Source of the DNA: Eledone cirrhosa
Taxonomy: Eukaryota
Length of the DNA stretch: 64,000 nt
Reading direction: 5' to 3'
Assembly: GCA_964016885.1 (NCBI GenBank)
Contig: OZ024743.1
Coordinates: 308,202,001-308,266,000 of the forward strand
Part shown: one piece after another, positions 23,750-36,271 of the stretch
How positions within the stretch are numbered: the first letter of the stretch is position 1
Layout of the letters: every line of letters starts with the position of its first letter
Program-made: the position numbers and the translations under genes
The notes under the pieces: model-generated
Told to the model about the DNA's origin: nothing
The model's database searches: none
Seen by the model: only the letters and a program-made list of their open reading frames with translations

Positions 23750-26700
23750 TCCATTCTCGCTACTTTCGCCCACCTTTCATAAAACTTGCTTGGGTAGAGC
23801 ACCTCTCTCTCCATTCTGATCCTTCTTCTAAAGTGGTACTTGAAAAAAAAAGACCAGTTGTTGGCCGGAGAGAAAGGTGTCTGACCTCAGCCCTTTCAAC
23901 CTTGTCCACCGTACAACTTCTTTCGCCATAGCTATCACACAGAGGAAAACCGCCTTTCCTTCGTTTTTGAAAGGGGGAGGCGGTTTGATCGTGATAATGT
24001 TCTTGGTGGTCAACCGGATTGGTCCCACCCGCGACAGTAGTCGTTCCACATAGCCCCACAGGTCAGCAACGCTCGGGCAGTGTACGAATGCGTGTGCGAC
24101 GGTTTCCTCGTCACGCACGCATCTCGGACAGATCTTCTTCGAGGGGTCCCTATCCGGGCGCCCGTGTCTGTAGAGCTTGTCCCGAACGGGTAGAGCTCCT
24201 CGGTAACATTGCCAAGCCAGGGACTTTTGTAACTTGTCCATCGGTCCCGGGCCAAACGTCCTACCGAACAGACTGGCCAGCTCATCTTCCTCCATGCCCA
24301 GAGCCTCTCCGAGAGCGTCGTCGCACTTACTGCGCACCAACCCTCTATAGAATGTTGAGGTTGAGTCTCCACTGATTGCCGGATCCGCTTGCCAGAGGGC
24401 CGTGAGCGCCTGGGCACATTCAATGTGCCAGTCCCCCACTTTTCTCGGTGTTTGCTTGACCCAGGATTGCAGCTCGGTAAGTGAGACGAGTCTCGGAAAG
24501 GCTCGCCTAACAAACAGGGCCCACACCGGCTGACCGGTGAGGAATACCTGGAGAAGCCGTAGCCTTAATGCGTGTCTACGCATCGTCAGCCACGGCATCC
24601 CCAGCCCTCCGTTCGAAGGGTGTTGACAGCAGATGGATCTTCTCACCAAAGGAGCCCGCTTCTTCCAAAGAAATCGGAAGAGTGCGCGCTCCATTTTGGC
24701 GAGTGTTTTCTCTGGGCAAGGCACGACGGTCAAGCGGTAGTAGATGACGGACGCTATATAAGCGTTCGCCACCTCCGCTCGACCTTTCAGGGATAGTTTG
24801 CACTAGGCCCACTTCTGGGCAAGTGCAAACACCTTGCCGGTTACTTCGTCCCAGTTTTTCTCCACCTGGAGGTCCGGTCCGAACCAGACCCCGAGCAGCT
24901 TCACCGGTCCCACCGTCCAGCGTCCGACGATGCCGTCGGAGGGCATCGGTTTGCCCCTCCACGTCCCGAGTTGCAAACCGACGGACTTATCCCTGTTCAG
25001 CTTGGCTCCTGTGAACCTTTCATATTCCTCCAGTAAGGTGCCGATCTGCCACGTCATCGGCGTAGGCCGACACCGCTTTCCGCATTCCCGGTTCCAAGGG
25101 GATGCCCTGCAACAGCTCCAGCTTCCGCAGTAGTGGCTCGAGAGCCAGCACATACAGGAGGGAGGAGAGAGGGCATCCCTGTCGGATGGATCGCGTGATT
25201 TGGAACGGTTCCGAGAGGTAGCCGTTCATCTTGACCCTCGAGCAGGTGTTGCTGCTGTGCATTGCAGCAATCCAGCCCCTGAAAACGGGTCTGAAGCCTG
25301 CCGCCGCGAGCACCGCATCCAGGTACCGATGGTCAACCCTATCGAACGCCTTAGATTGATCCAAGTTGATCAGGGCCCCACCAAAGCCGGGTTCGTTCCC
25401 TACCCTCTCTACGATGTATCGCATGAGGTGGAGGTTGTCGTGTATGGACCTGGACGGGATTGCGCATGTCTGCGCTTCTCCCACCAGGTTCCCAACGACA
25501 AGCGCCAACCTCTTCGCTAACACCTTGGCCAAAATCTTTAACTCTGTGTTTAGCAGAGTTATGGGCCTGAAGTTATCTATGTCATCCCCCTTGTTCTCGT
25601 CCTTCCTCACCAGCGTGACTACGCCCTTGGTCACAGAACTGGGAATGCTCCCGTTCTGTTGCCAGTTGCAGTAGACCGCCTCGAGGAGACCGGAGAACAA
25701 GCCCGGCATCGCTACATAAAGTTCGTATGGCAGAGCATCGAGACCCGGAGATTTGCGTTTGCCGCATTGGCTCAGCGCTTCCCCTATTTCAGCGGCTGAA
25801 ATCGGCCTCTCGCAGGACTTCGCCTCCCCGTCCGAGAGCCACGCCAGACCGTCGAGGTATGGACCGAAATCCATGGCCCCACCCGGCCCGCCGCCCCTCC
25901 CGAACAGTCGTGCAAAGCGCCGTTGAAAGGCCGCGCTAATCCGCTCAGGTTCAAGGATCACGCGTCCATCCTGGTCCTTCAAAGACCGAATCATGGACTT
26001 GTTTCCACTTTTTGCCTCTGTCACTCGGGCCCAGCTAACAGATTTGGCTCCCTCGTTACCCAGAGCACGTATTTTACTCCTGACAACGCATCCCTCGTGC
26101 TTCGCATCAAAGAACTGGTCTAGGGCCGTTCTTGACGCCAGCACGCCGGCCACGTTGCCACTCCTAATCCCCTCTTCTACTCTATTTATTAATTCCCTTT
26201 CAGTTCTATTCCTATCTGATGCTAATTCCCGACTAAAACCTATCGATTCTAGTTTAATTTCTCTCTTGAGAGAGCCCCACCACCTGCTGTTGACAATTGC
26301 CCCCGTAAAACGCTGCTTAACTAGTGTGCTAATCCGCTTACTGTAAGCTTTGTTTGTCGGTAAAGACAAGTTTAGCTTCCAGTAACCGGGTCCCTGTCTA
26401 TGAGTTCTATCAAGGTTGACCACTCCGGTCACCAACTTGTGATCCGAATAGTCAACCATGAACATTCGTGGACAGCTTAATATGTCCCTATCCTTATTTC
26501 TAACTAGGAACCTATCTAGGTACGACCTAGATGTTCCGCTAAGATTAGTCCACGTCCACAGTGACACAGTCGGAAATCTAGTCGATATCTATCGGCCAGA
26601 TCAAATCGGCCGATTAATCGTTTGAGGCTGTTACACCCCCCTCTATCGGGACATGCCCCTACATAGTCCCAACGTGCATCCAGGATACCATTCCAGTCCC

Positions 26701-27007
26701 CCACTAAAAGCAAGGAGCGAGATGTTCCCAGGAAATTCTCCAGGCGTCGGAAGAAGTCCGGTCGCGGTGTCCCAGATGGGGCATACGCTGCCACCAGCCT
26801 GAAAGCTCCACCTTCACCACTGCCGACGTCTTAAACCACCAGTCGACCCTCGAAGATGGGGGCCAGTTGGCGCTCGCTGCTGATCCTGGACTCGCAAATA
26901 ACCATTACATCCACTCTGTGCGACCTGAGGTCATTTAAGAGTTTGCCCTATTTCCAGGACATCCCCAGGCCGCGTGCATTCACACATCCAACTCTTATAT
27001 TGGCCAT
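23750..27007 (-). pseudogene. Tx1-like ORF2: AP endonuclease, reverse transcriptase, C-terminal CCHC (frameshifts and deletions)
   Basis: MANIRVGCVNARGLG start; VGDWN, YLDRF, SDH; KSPGLD, FRPITLLNTELKILAK, DQSKAFDRV, QGCPLS, YADD; CPRC..ETVAHAFVHC. Confidence 0.92.
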
Positions 27008-27048
27008 GTTGGTGCTGAAGAGTTAAAAGGAAGAGGAAAGGAAATTAC

Positions 27049-28690
27049 TTACCTCTTCGTCTCCTGGGGACCAGGCTGCACAATTTCCATGGGGGTGTTG
27101 GAAGGGTTGTTTGGTGGGGTGGTGGTTTGTGGTGGGGTGAGGACATCAGTGTGTGGTGGGATTAGGGTGTTTGGTGGGGTGTGGGTGTCTGGTGTGGGGG
27201 TGGGGAAACATCTCAATAGGACGTTGTTAAGTGGTTTGGTGCAGGTGGTCCCCACATGCATTGGATGGTTCTTTTTCAAAGTTACATAGGTTTCCGTTGG
27301 GACCCTAATCATCATTAGGTGCGGTTTGTTCGCTGCGTAGGTGAAAGTGATCCCTTCGGTTTCCACCGAAGGGTTATTGTCTATTGCTTTCATCAAAGTT
27401 TTATTGTTCTTGTTAATGTATGTATAGAGTTTTTGTTGTGTTTGTTTTTGTTTGTTGTTCTTGTGCGTGTTTGCGTTTTGTAGTATGTGTTATGTTTTGG
27501 GGAGGGGTGGATTTTTTTGTTTGTGATGTTTGTTCTGTTTGTGATGTTTGTTCTGTTTGTGCTGGTGGTTGTGTGTTTGTAGCATTTTTGTTAATGTGGT
27601 GCCTTTTTTTTTCCTTTTCACCTGTTGAAAGGGTTCTCCCTCGTCGTCACTGGGTGACGTTGATACGGAGTCCTCTTCCGTGTTGTTGGGGAGGGGTATA
27701 TTTGGGGGTTTTGTTGTGGTTGCTTTTGTATTTGTTTTAGGTGGGGATGGGTTGGGTGGAACAGTGTTTTGTGTTGTTATTTTTCCGTGTTGTTGTGGTT
27801 GTTGTTGTTAGTGTTGTTGTTGTTGTTGTGGTGGTGGTGGTGGTGGTGGTGGTGGTGGTGGTGGTGGTGGTGGTGGTGGTGGTGGTTGTGTAGTTGTGTT
27901 CGGGGTTGGCAGAAGAGCCTTTTTTTTTACTCGTTAATTGAGGACAGGCAGCCCTCAGGTGACCCCTGCTTAAGCAGTGGTAACATGACGGCCGCCTTCC
28001 CTCCACTGAAATGTTTATATAAGTTAGCCCGTCCAGAGGCACGCGTTGTGGGATATTCGCTATTCGTTCTGGGCTCATTTGCACCAGAACTTCTACGCTG
28101 GTCCCACCAAATACACCTCCGGAGGACTTTCCTATTGAAATTATCCTGTCTTCATCAAAGTCAATGAATCCACATAGTATCCAACAAATATTTACATTTG
28201 GTGTGATACTCATAATTTTTATTCTTTGTGTTCTTTTCCCCCTGTATGTGGGGAAAAAGGTGAAGCGGGGGGACACAATGGGTGATACCGAGTATTTTTG
28301 TGCTGTTGACTGGTTATTCATTAGCACCGAAATGCTACCAAACAGTTTTCCTTTTTGTATGAAGGTTATGTCCTTCATTGCATCTTTTAGAACCAGCTCA
28401 ATTTCATTTTGTGATAATTGAGCTGGTTTTCTTGTTTCGTTCGATATTGTCCTGAAAACTGTGGTTTTCAGGACAGCCTCTCTACGTAATTCCTGTGGAG
28501 AATTGATGCTAAAAGCACCGTTTTCGCCAAAAGTCACGAATAGTTTTGCGTCTTGTAGTAGTTGTTTAGCATTTGTTATGTCAATTGGCGTGTATAGTTC
28601 GTTTTTTTTTACAGTCTGTGCGAATGTTGTTTTGGTGTTGTTGTCTTTTTTGTTGCTGTTGTTGTTGTCATTGTTGGTAATATTGTTCAT
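27049..28690 (-). pseudogene. Tx1-like ORF1 (zinc-knuckle RNA-binding protein), probably split into 27737-28690 and 27049-27396
   Basis: VEGRRPSCYHCLSRGHLRAACP knuckle; poly-Thr microsatellite expansion; lies directly upstream of ORF2. Confidence 0.8.
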
Positions 28691-29339
28691 GTTTTCCTTG
28701 GTGTTGCTATTGTTGCAGTTGTTGGTTGTGGTGTTATTGTCATTGTTCTTGTTGTTGGTGCTGGTATTATTTATCGGGTTTGGTTTCGTGGTTTCAATAT
28801 TTTCAACGTTTTTCGATAATGCGAGGGGGAAGGCTGCAAGCTTTGTACTCCTACCTTCCCTCCACCACTTTTCTTAGTGAACGTGGCACTCACGACAGTG
28901 TGCGAGGTTGAAATGGCATCCATTGCTGACTACCAAGTCTACACAGTTTTGAGATGAAAATGAAAATGTCGCCCCAGAAAGGGGCGAAAATTAGTTGACT
29001 CAACGTCTGAAGGCCCAGGCAAGGGGTTAAACTAAACAATGCTATTAAATTGAGCAATAAACTCACAGTTCTTTTTACAATAATCCGTAAAAATCCGGAG
29101 CGATGTAAATCACGTCTATATCAAGTGGTAAAAGATATAGAGCGAGGAGCTTGTGATGGATAGAGAGGGGATTATGATAGAGTGTTGTATTTTGGGTATA
29201 GAGACGGGGAGGGTTTGCTGGTGATGAATATAGTGAGGTAGATAATGTTCGTTACTCGAAACACCGTTCGTCAGCCGAGACGTTTTATGTCCGGAAAAAT
29301 TAATGTGAACCGATTTGTTCGTGGTACAAGGCCTTCGTG

Positions 29340-29577
29340 ACCTGAGATCGCACTATACAAGAGATATCAACATGAATGGACCTGTCATTTTTATCTAAAG
29401 ACATTTTTTCCAATTCCATCCCGCCCGTCCCCTCAACCTATCTTATTTCTCATTCTTTCTTCTAATGAAGGACTAGCGTCCGAAACGTTAAGACCCTCTT
29501 CCTGCTATATCAAGCGTTAACCTAATATATCCCTTCCATATACTGTACCGATTGTGTTGTTATTTTTGTTTACCTTT

Positions 29578-29580
<3 letters not shown>
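29340..29580 (+). mobile_element. PLE-end family B with mutated HHR (29458-29493)
   Basis: TCTT-CTAATGA-A-GGAC-TAGC-GTCC-GAAA-CG-TT-AAGA; ends at (TA)n. Confidence 0.75.
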
Positions 29581-29672
<92 letters not shown>

Positions 29673-29685
29673 ATATATATATATA

Positions 29686-29824
<139 letters not shown>

Positions 29825-29859
29825 CCTGGTATGTGTATATGCATTTTTTCTTCTAACTT

Positions 29860-30120
29860 TAATTTTATACCTAATTGTGTATGGTTGACGATATATTTAA
29901 TCGATTTCCACGTGCTATTGAAATGCTGGGTAAATATTCTATAGCTGTTGATCGCGAATAAATGGTTGTCGTTTATTTATCTATTATTTCTTCACAGGTG
30001 CCTTTTAATCTTATAGCCTGGTTTAATTGTTTTTTTTTTTTGTGTGTGGTTCATTATGTTGATTGGGAGAGGAAATTGAGTATATATCTTATCAAATGAT
30101 TCTAAGGACATAATTTATAG
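29860..30120 (+). mobile_element. Fragment of the ~650-nt HHR family
   Basis: Reverse complement of ~19401-19625; bounded by (TA)n. Confidence 0.85.
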
Positions 30121-30152
<32 letters not shown>

Positions 30153-30156
30153 TATA

Positions 30157-30221
<65 letters not shown>

Positions 30222-30352
30222 ATAATAATAAATTTGAAGACTAAAATCCAAAGAGGGCTCGATAAGGATAAATATATATCAAATATATAAGAACCGTAGA
30301 GCAAATATTTATTAAAATAACAGATCCCGTTAAGGGTGAATGCAGCGATTCT

Positions 30353-30440
<88 letters not shown>

Positions 30441-30489
30441 GATTCTACAGGACTAGAACTGTTTCATTCTTTAGAAATCATCAGGAATC
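30441..30489 (-). ncRNA. Hammerhead motif, short family D
   Basis: GATTC-CTGATGA-TTTC-TAAA-GAAT-GAAA-CAG-TTCTAGTC-CTG-TA-GAATC. Confidence 0.75.
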
Positions 30490-30543
30490 TGCAATGTATT
30501 GAGTACCTTACTGTGGTTACCTCCGATTCAACCCGGAATAACG

Positions 30544-30575
<32 letters not shown>

Positions 30576-30619
30576 TAGGTAAATATACACGGGTGTGTAT
30601 GATTGTGTATAGAAGATTA

Positions 30620-31760
30620 TATTAATAAGAGGAATTCCAACTTTGTCTGATTTACTCGTTTTATTTACAATCCTTTAAAATATATATAATATGGTATTAT
30701 AATGAAATAGTATGATATAATATTAAATTCTAAGTGTTAATTGAACAAGTACTTTCATGCTTTCGCAATCTTCAGGTTCATGATATGTGGTGACAGTCGA
30801 GTTTGCAATTTTCAACTGTAATGAGATGGGTAAATTTACTATCCTTTATACATTTTATACAGAGAAAAGTGGCTCCAGAATGCAAAGCCCTGTAAACTGT
30901 ATTTCGACCAATCAGTGTGTAGTTTCACTGAATTACTACAGCTGATTGGTTTAAGCGTCACGGCTGGTTGAGCATGCTAACGTCCAATAGTCATACCCAA
31001 CGTATCAATTGTTTTGCTTTTTGAAATGATGAAAATAGCATTTTCTATTAATCATCACCATCAACATCACTTTTATTATTATTATTATTGTTGTTGTTGT
31101 TGTTGTTAGTGGTCGTAGTCATAGTGGTAGTAGAAGTAATACCCCTAGGCGTTATTATTGTTCATTTAGCTTGGGTTTGAATTTATCAATAAAAAATTTT
31201 TCTTTGATTTTTCTCTTGATTTCACTTGGGCTGTGTAATTTGTAGAATGGGAATATTATAAATATTCCCTGACCACATGTTGCCAGGTGGCCGCTTAGGG
31301 GTATCTGACGGACATTTGGGTCTCTGATTTGTTGACGGTGTACCCGTGCACGTTCCGATAGTGCATTTCCAGTTTGACCGACATATAGTTCTTCACAAGT
31401 CGGGCATTTAATGCAGTAAATTAGATTTCTGCTTTTGCAGTTCATATTTGCATTTGGGAATATTTTTCCAGTTTTTGTTTTCATATATTGACCGGCGTGT
31501 ATGGATTGACATGTGCCGCATCGATTATCATTGCATTTAGATACAGTGAATGATTGGTCTTTGTTGTTAAGGTCAAACTTTGCTTTTGTTAGCAATTGCT
31601 TCAAATTTTTTGGCTGTCTTTTACTAAGAGTCAAAGATCGATCTGTGATTAAGCCTTTTAATTCATTACTTTGAGCAATGATCGGTAGGTTTGCTTTGGC
31701 AGTGTTGAATATATTCTGGTGACATGGGTTGTGTGTCATTATAAATGGTATGACGTGTGG
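30620..31760 (-). mobile_element. 5'-truncated Penelope-like element (GIY-YIG ORF 31155-31739 plus pLTR)
   Basis: KRQPKNLKQLL..CNDNRCGTC..NCKSRNLIYCIKCPTCEELYVGQTGNALSERARVHRQ..KEKFFIDKFKPKLN; second pLTR copy at ~41075-41260. Confidence 0.9.
30742..30780 (-). ncRNA. Minimal hammerhead in pLTR (identical motif at 41189-41227)
   Basis: TGAAC-CTGAAGA-TTGC-GAAA-GCAT-GAAA-GTAC-TT-GTTCA. Confidence 0.8.
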
Positions 31761-31775
31761 ACAATGTATGAAGAA

Positions 31776-32790
31776 TTAATTTCTTGAGTTTAGACAATCG
31801 CTATTGCGTAATCTCTTTAGAATATTTATTCGTTCATCAATACATAGTCCACACGACAGATTGCCCCTTGCGTATGGCTTCGACTTAGTGATGGCTTTCC
31901 ATTGAACGGAGTAGTCTATACTTGAGTCCTTGAGGGACCATACGTGGCTCGCGAGTTTCGTGGATGAACGTCTGTCCGGGTACCTAAAGGTCGACTGGTG
32001 GTTCAGGAAGCGTTCCTTAAATCGGCCCTCCGCCTTACCCACATAGGATTTGACCTCCTGTGGTTGATTTGGTCGGTTGGAAGTGACCACAGCTTCATAA
32101 ACTACAGTGGGTGTGTTGCATTGCTGTTGAAGGGGACAGGCTTCGGGCTTACGGCAAGAGCACCCTGGTGGGGTGTTGCTCTTAGAGCTGTTGGTGATGG
32201 TGGCCTTCATGTTCTTAGCACAGGAGTACCCTAGTTTTACTCTGTCTCTGTTAAAGATGGAGCGGTATTTATGACCTATGGGAAAGGGTCTATCTAAGAG
32301 GGCTAGAAATGTTTTGCCTACATTTGTTTTAACGTTGAGTGAGAAGGGAGGAGAGAACCAGATAGTTTGTCTATTGTTACGCTTTGTTTTCTTATTGCTG
32401 TTGTTGTTAGTGGGAGAGTAAATGATAGGTTGCGAGAAGTCGCTGTTAGCTAACGCCGTGTTATAGTAGGGTGCCTCTCTGTCAAAGATAGCCTTTTTAG
32501 AGGAGAGGTTTGAGATTCTAGTACTGATATTATTTACAAAGTTTCTAAAAACTGTGGGAGGGTCGCATGAGTCCTTGTGAATGTAATTGAGTGTTTCGTT
32601 AAGCTTATGGAAGGGTCTGTAGGTGTCTGTGCGAAGGTCTAAATTAATGTCTAAGAAATCTACGCTAGAGAGGTTGGTAGCTCCCTTTTCACTCAAAGTT
32701 AAAACCAATGTAGGCAAAACATTTCTAGCCCTCTTAGATAGACCCTTTCCCATAGGTCATAAATACCGCTCCATCTTTAACCGACAAAGT
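31776..32790 (-). pseudogene. PLE RT C-terminus plus GIY-YIG, with an inverted duplication at its 5' end
   Basis: VDFLDINLDL..YRPFHK..IWFSPPFSLNVKTNVGKTFL..CSCRKPEACPL..VVYEAVV..YVGKAEGRFKERFLNH; ~32680-32781 is an inverted copy of ~32250-32352. Confidence 0.9.
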
Positions 32791-32876
32791 AAAACTAGGA
32801 TCCCGGTTTCAATCGGAGGTAGCCACAGTAAGTAAGGTACTCAATACATAGCAGAGTATAAATATTTAATATAGAA

Positions 32877-32929
32877 AGGCTTCTACGGGACTAGAACTGT
32901 TTCATTCGGTAGAAATCATCAGGAAGCCT
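32877..32929 (-). ncRNA. Hammerhead motif, family D
   Basis: AGGCTTC-CTGATGA-TTTC-TACC-GAAT-GAAA-CAGTTCTAGTCCCG-TA-GAAGCCT. Confidence 0.75.
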
Positions 32930-33064
32930 ATATATATAGTGTAGGTAGTACGGTGTAATACTGGTGTTGGTACCAAATCAAGCACTCTATGCACAGATAG
33001 AGGGTATATAATAGAAAAAACGAGAAACTTTCGTTTACATATGAGAAATATTTATTGCGTATCG

Positions 33065-33156
33065 ACCTGTTACGCGCGTTTCACAGAGGATTGGCTCAAC
33101 GTGACCCATAGGAGTTATGGACGCGACTCCAGTATCGATCTGCTCCTCAGACTGGT
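33065..33156 (-). ncRNA. Hammerhead with long stem II and palindromic stem III
   Basis: ACCAGT-CTGAGGA-GCAGA..TCTGT-GAAA-CGCGCG-TA-ACAGGT. Confidence 0.75.
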
Positions 33157-33416
33157 GATGCGACAATAGATATATTTTTGTTGTGGTATGTGGACCTAGA
33201 ATATATATATAGGCATTGGCCCTATTTTTTTGTGTGCGTGGGCGTATGTGTATATCCTGGTGTAATTTGTGGGGCGGCAATGCGGGTGTGTATAAACCGG
33301 TATTTATGTGCGTATTTACGTTGGTGTGCGAGTAATTAAGGATTCGTGTGTATGTGGGCGCGTTTTGGAACGTGTATTGGTCAGTCAAAGAGTTGTTTTG
33401 ATGTAAACAGGAAGTA

Positions 33417-33453
<37 letters not shown>

Positions 33454-33771
33454 GGTGCGTGCGTTTTGGAATGTGTATTGGTCAGCCAAAGAGAGAAAGA
33501 GAGAGGGGGTATCATACCATAACTTGCCAAGCTTCAAGCTGAGAACAAGAGATATTCAATAATTGGAAAATTAATTAATTGGGAAAAAAAAAGAAAAGAA
33601 TAATGACAATAATAATAGTTTCTGATTTAGACACAAGGTCAGCAATTTTGAGGGGAGAGGAAAGTGGATTAAATAGACCTCAGTGTGTGACTAATACATT
33701 ATTTTATCGGCTCCGTAAGGATGAAAGGCAAAGCTAACCTCGGCGGGATTTAAACTTAGAACGTAACGTGC

Positions 33772-34110
33772 CGTATCAATTCTAACTGATGACAACATTT
33801 CTATCAAGGAAATGGAGAAACTATCCAAATATAAAGATCTAGAGATAGAAATAACCCGAATGTAGATGTTGAAGACAGAAACAATACCTAGAATTATAGC
33901 TGTTCTGGGAATGATAAAAAAGCACGCATAACCCAAACTCCGGGACTTACAAATATATACAACATACAAAAAATTTCACTACTAGGCTCTGCACACATAT
34001 TACGAAGAGTACTCTCAATACAATAAAACAAACACCACCAAAACCACACTGCACATACCCAAGGCGCACAGAGCTGTGCTCGGTAATGCAGTGATAACGC
34101 GCAAAACAAT
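33772..34110 (+). mobile_element. R4/Dong-clade LINE 3' end (RLE C-terminus) between SINE A fragments
   Basis: Manual translation VSILTDDNISIKEMEKLSKYKDLEIEITRM*..TIPRIIAVLGMI..IQKISLLGSAHILRRVL; AAT tail. Confidence 0.8.
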
Positions 34111-34269
34111 AATTGTTTCTACTTTTGGCACAAGGGCAGCAATTTGAATGGGAGGGAAAAGTCGATTAAATCGACCCCAGTGTATTACTGGTGCTTTATT
34201 TTATCGACTCCGTAAGATATGAAAGGCAAAGCTAACCTCGTTACCAAGCAACAAATCACATACACTATG

Positions 34270-34500
34270 TGCACGCAGCTAGACATAAATGGACGATGAA
34301 AGAGTTCGCTACACTGATTGAATGCCATGAAAGAACAAAAGTGGAAGGAAGTCGTGGAGTGGTACGACACACTGTGGACTTTTTGATGGAAAAGAGCATG
34401 TTTGAGATGTCTGAAAGTAAACTAATGAATCAAGTGAGCGTGATTAGGGCTGGTTAACTGAGGTAGAAATATCTCGGATTAGTGAACACTTAAAGGAACT
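34270..34500 (+). pseudogene. Probable R4/Dong LINE N-terminal fragment
   Basis: RHKWTMKEFATLIECH..MFEMSESKLMNQVSVIRAG*L resembles my recollection of the R4/Dong ORF N-terminus. Confidence 0.5.
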
Positions 34501-35100
34501 TGTAGATGAACATCAACGGGGTGTTAGAGTAAAAGCAGAAGCCGTCACTACGCTTGAAGGCAGAGAGAAAAATAGACAGCAGGAGCAAGGAAATTGTTAG
34601 AGCTGCTGAAGAGGAATATTATTCATTGAACAATCGTATGACAGAGGATGAGAATGGTGATGCAAGAGGATGAAGCCAATTGAATGATAAGTCGCTTTCG
34701 AGGTCAATAAAAAGTACCAGTTTAAGACTGAGGTCGATCCTTCATCTATATCTTTTTCACTTCCATTCTTTCACTCTCTCTATCCTTCTCTGGAAGAAAT
34801 CTGCTGTGTTTAGATCTTTAGAAGAGATGTGCTCCACCAGATTTTGAAAATCTGTTCAAGAAATGCCGTAGGTCAATATGGCGCCCGTACGACTCCATCT
34901 GGAGTTAAGCGTCCATACAGACATACATATTTATAGCATATTTCCCTATATTTGCAAATGTATTATTTGCATATACTTTATCATAATAGGTGACATATGG
35001 CGAGCTATACAATATCCTTCACCGTTAAAATGATAACTGGATTATCTGAAGAAATCATATTTAGACTGATATTAGATCGTTCGTTAGTGAGCTTAGAACT

Positions 35101-35273
35101 GAAGAAGAAGAAGAAGAAGAAGAAGAAGAAGAAGAAGAAGAAGAAGAAGAAGAAGAAGAAGAAGAAGAAGAAGAAGAAGAAGAAGAAGAAGAAGAAGAAG
35201 AAGAAGAAGAAGAAGAAGAAGAAGAAGAAGAAGAAGAAGAAGAAGAAGAAGAAGAAGAAGAAGAAGAAGAAGA
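35101..35273. repeat. Pure (GAA)n microsatellite, ~57 units
   Basis: Read directly from the sequence. Confidence 0.97.
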
Positions 35274-35348
35274 ATTCATTGGTTTTAATAGATGTCTGAT
35301 GACACTATGATAAACAGGCGAAACTCCAGAGTTTAGCCTTAATAATAA

Positions 35349-35732
35349 TGGTTTCTACTTTTGACACACGGAAGGCCATCAATTACCCCAGTGCATTACT
35401 GGTGCTTTATTTTTTCGACCCCGTAAAGTAAAGTTAACGTCGGCGAGGTTTGAACTTAGAACATAAAGGGCCATAACTCTATGCTGCAAGGCATGGCGTC
35501 TGACGCTCTATCGATACGGCCAACCCACTAAGCCTTAATAATAACTGTTTCTACTTTTGGCACAAGGCCAGCAATTATTCCAGTGCATTACTGGTACTTT
35601 ATTTTATCGACCCCGTAAGGATGAAATGGAAAGTTAACCTCGGCGGGAATTGAACTCAGACTGTAAAGAGCCGTAACTCCATGCTGCAAAGTATAGCGTC
35701 GACCCTCTACCGATACTGCGAATCCACCGCCT
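35349..35732 (-). mobile_element. Two tandem SINE A copies inserted in a PLE-end element (~35290-35800)
   Basis: Both start after AGCCTTAATAATAA; the host sequence is uninterrupted at ~63475-63575. Confidence 0.85.
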
Positions 35733-36154
35733 AATAATAATGAATATTAAAACTCTACTTCGGTATTGAGTACCCCTTTCTCTCAACCGTCAACCATATA
35801 CGTATATATATATATATATATATATATATGAATATAGTATATTTGGCGATATACCGTATGTTTAATTAAAAACATTTAGAAGACCATTCGCTATTAGTTT
35901 TAAAGTAGTGACTATGTCACTTACTTATTTTCGGCGAAAACAAGGGAGAGTGATTGACAGTCTGTTTCTCGCTGGTTGGGGTTTATCAAAACCACACACT
36001 TCCCTGCTTTCACCGAAAATTATAGAAATTGGATTCTTATAGAAATTGGATTCTTATATCACAACTAACCATCATATCTGGTGGCCGTATCGCTATCCGC
36101 CATCTGCAACACGTTCTCTAGCACAACAGCGGGTTGTCCTGGTATTGCAGTGTA

Positions 36155-36271
<117 letters not shown>

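Larger units (their letters stand above)
23475..29130 (-). mobile_element. Near full-length Tx1/L1-clade LINE (decayed)
   Basis: ORF1 with CCHC knuckle, ORF2 with APE-RT-zinc finger; purine-rich tandem repeat on both flanks. Confidence 0.93.

Noticed and set aside
23475-27007. GC-rich block as bacterial contamination or a horizontally acquired gene
   Set aside because: It encodes canonical APE-RT LINE motifs; overlapping plus-strand ORFs are antisense shadows
34997-35299. Poly-Lys / poly-Ser ORFs
   Set aside because: Product of a pure (GAA)n tract
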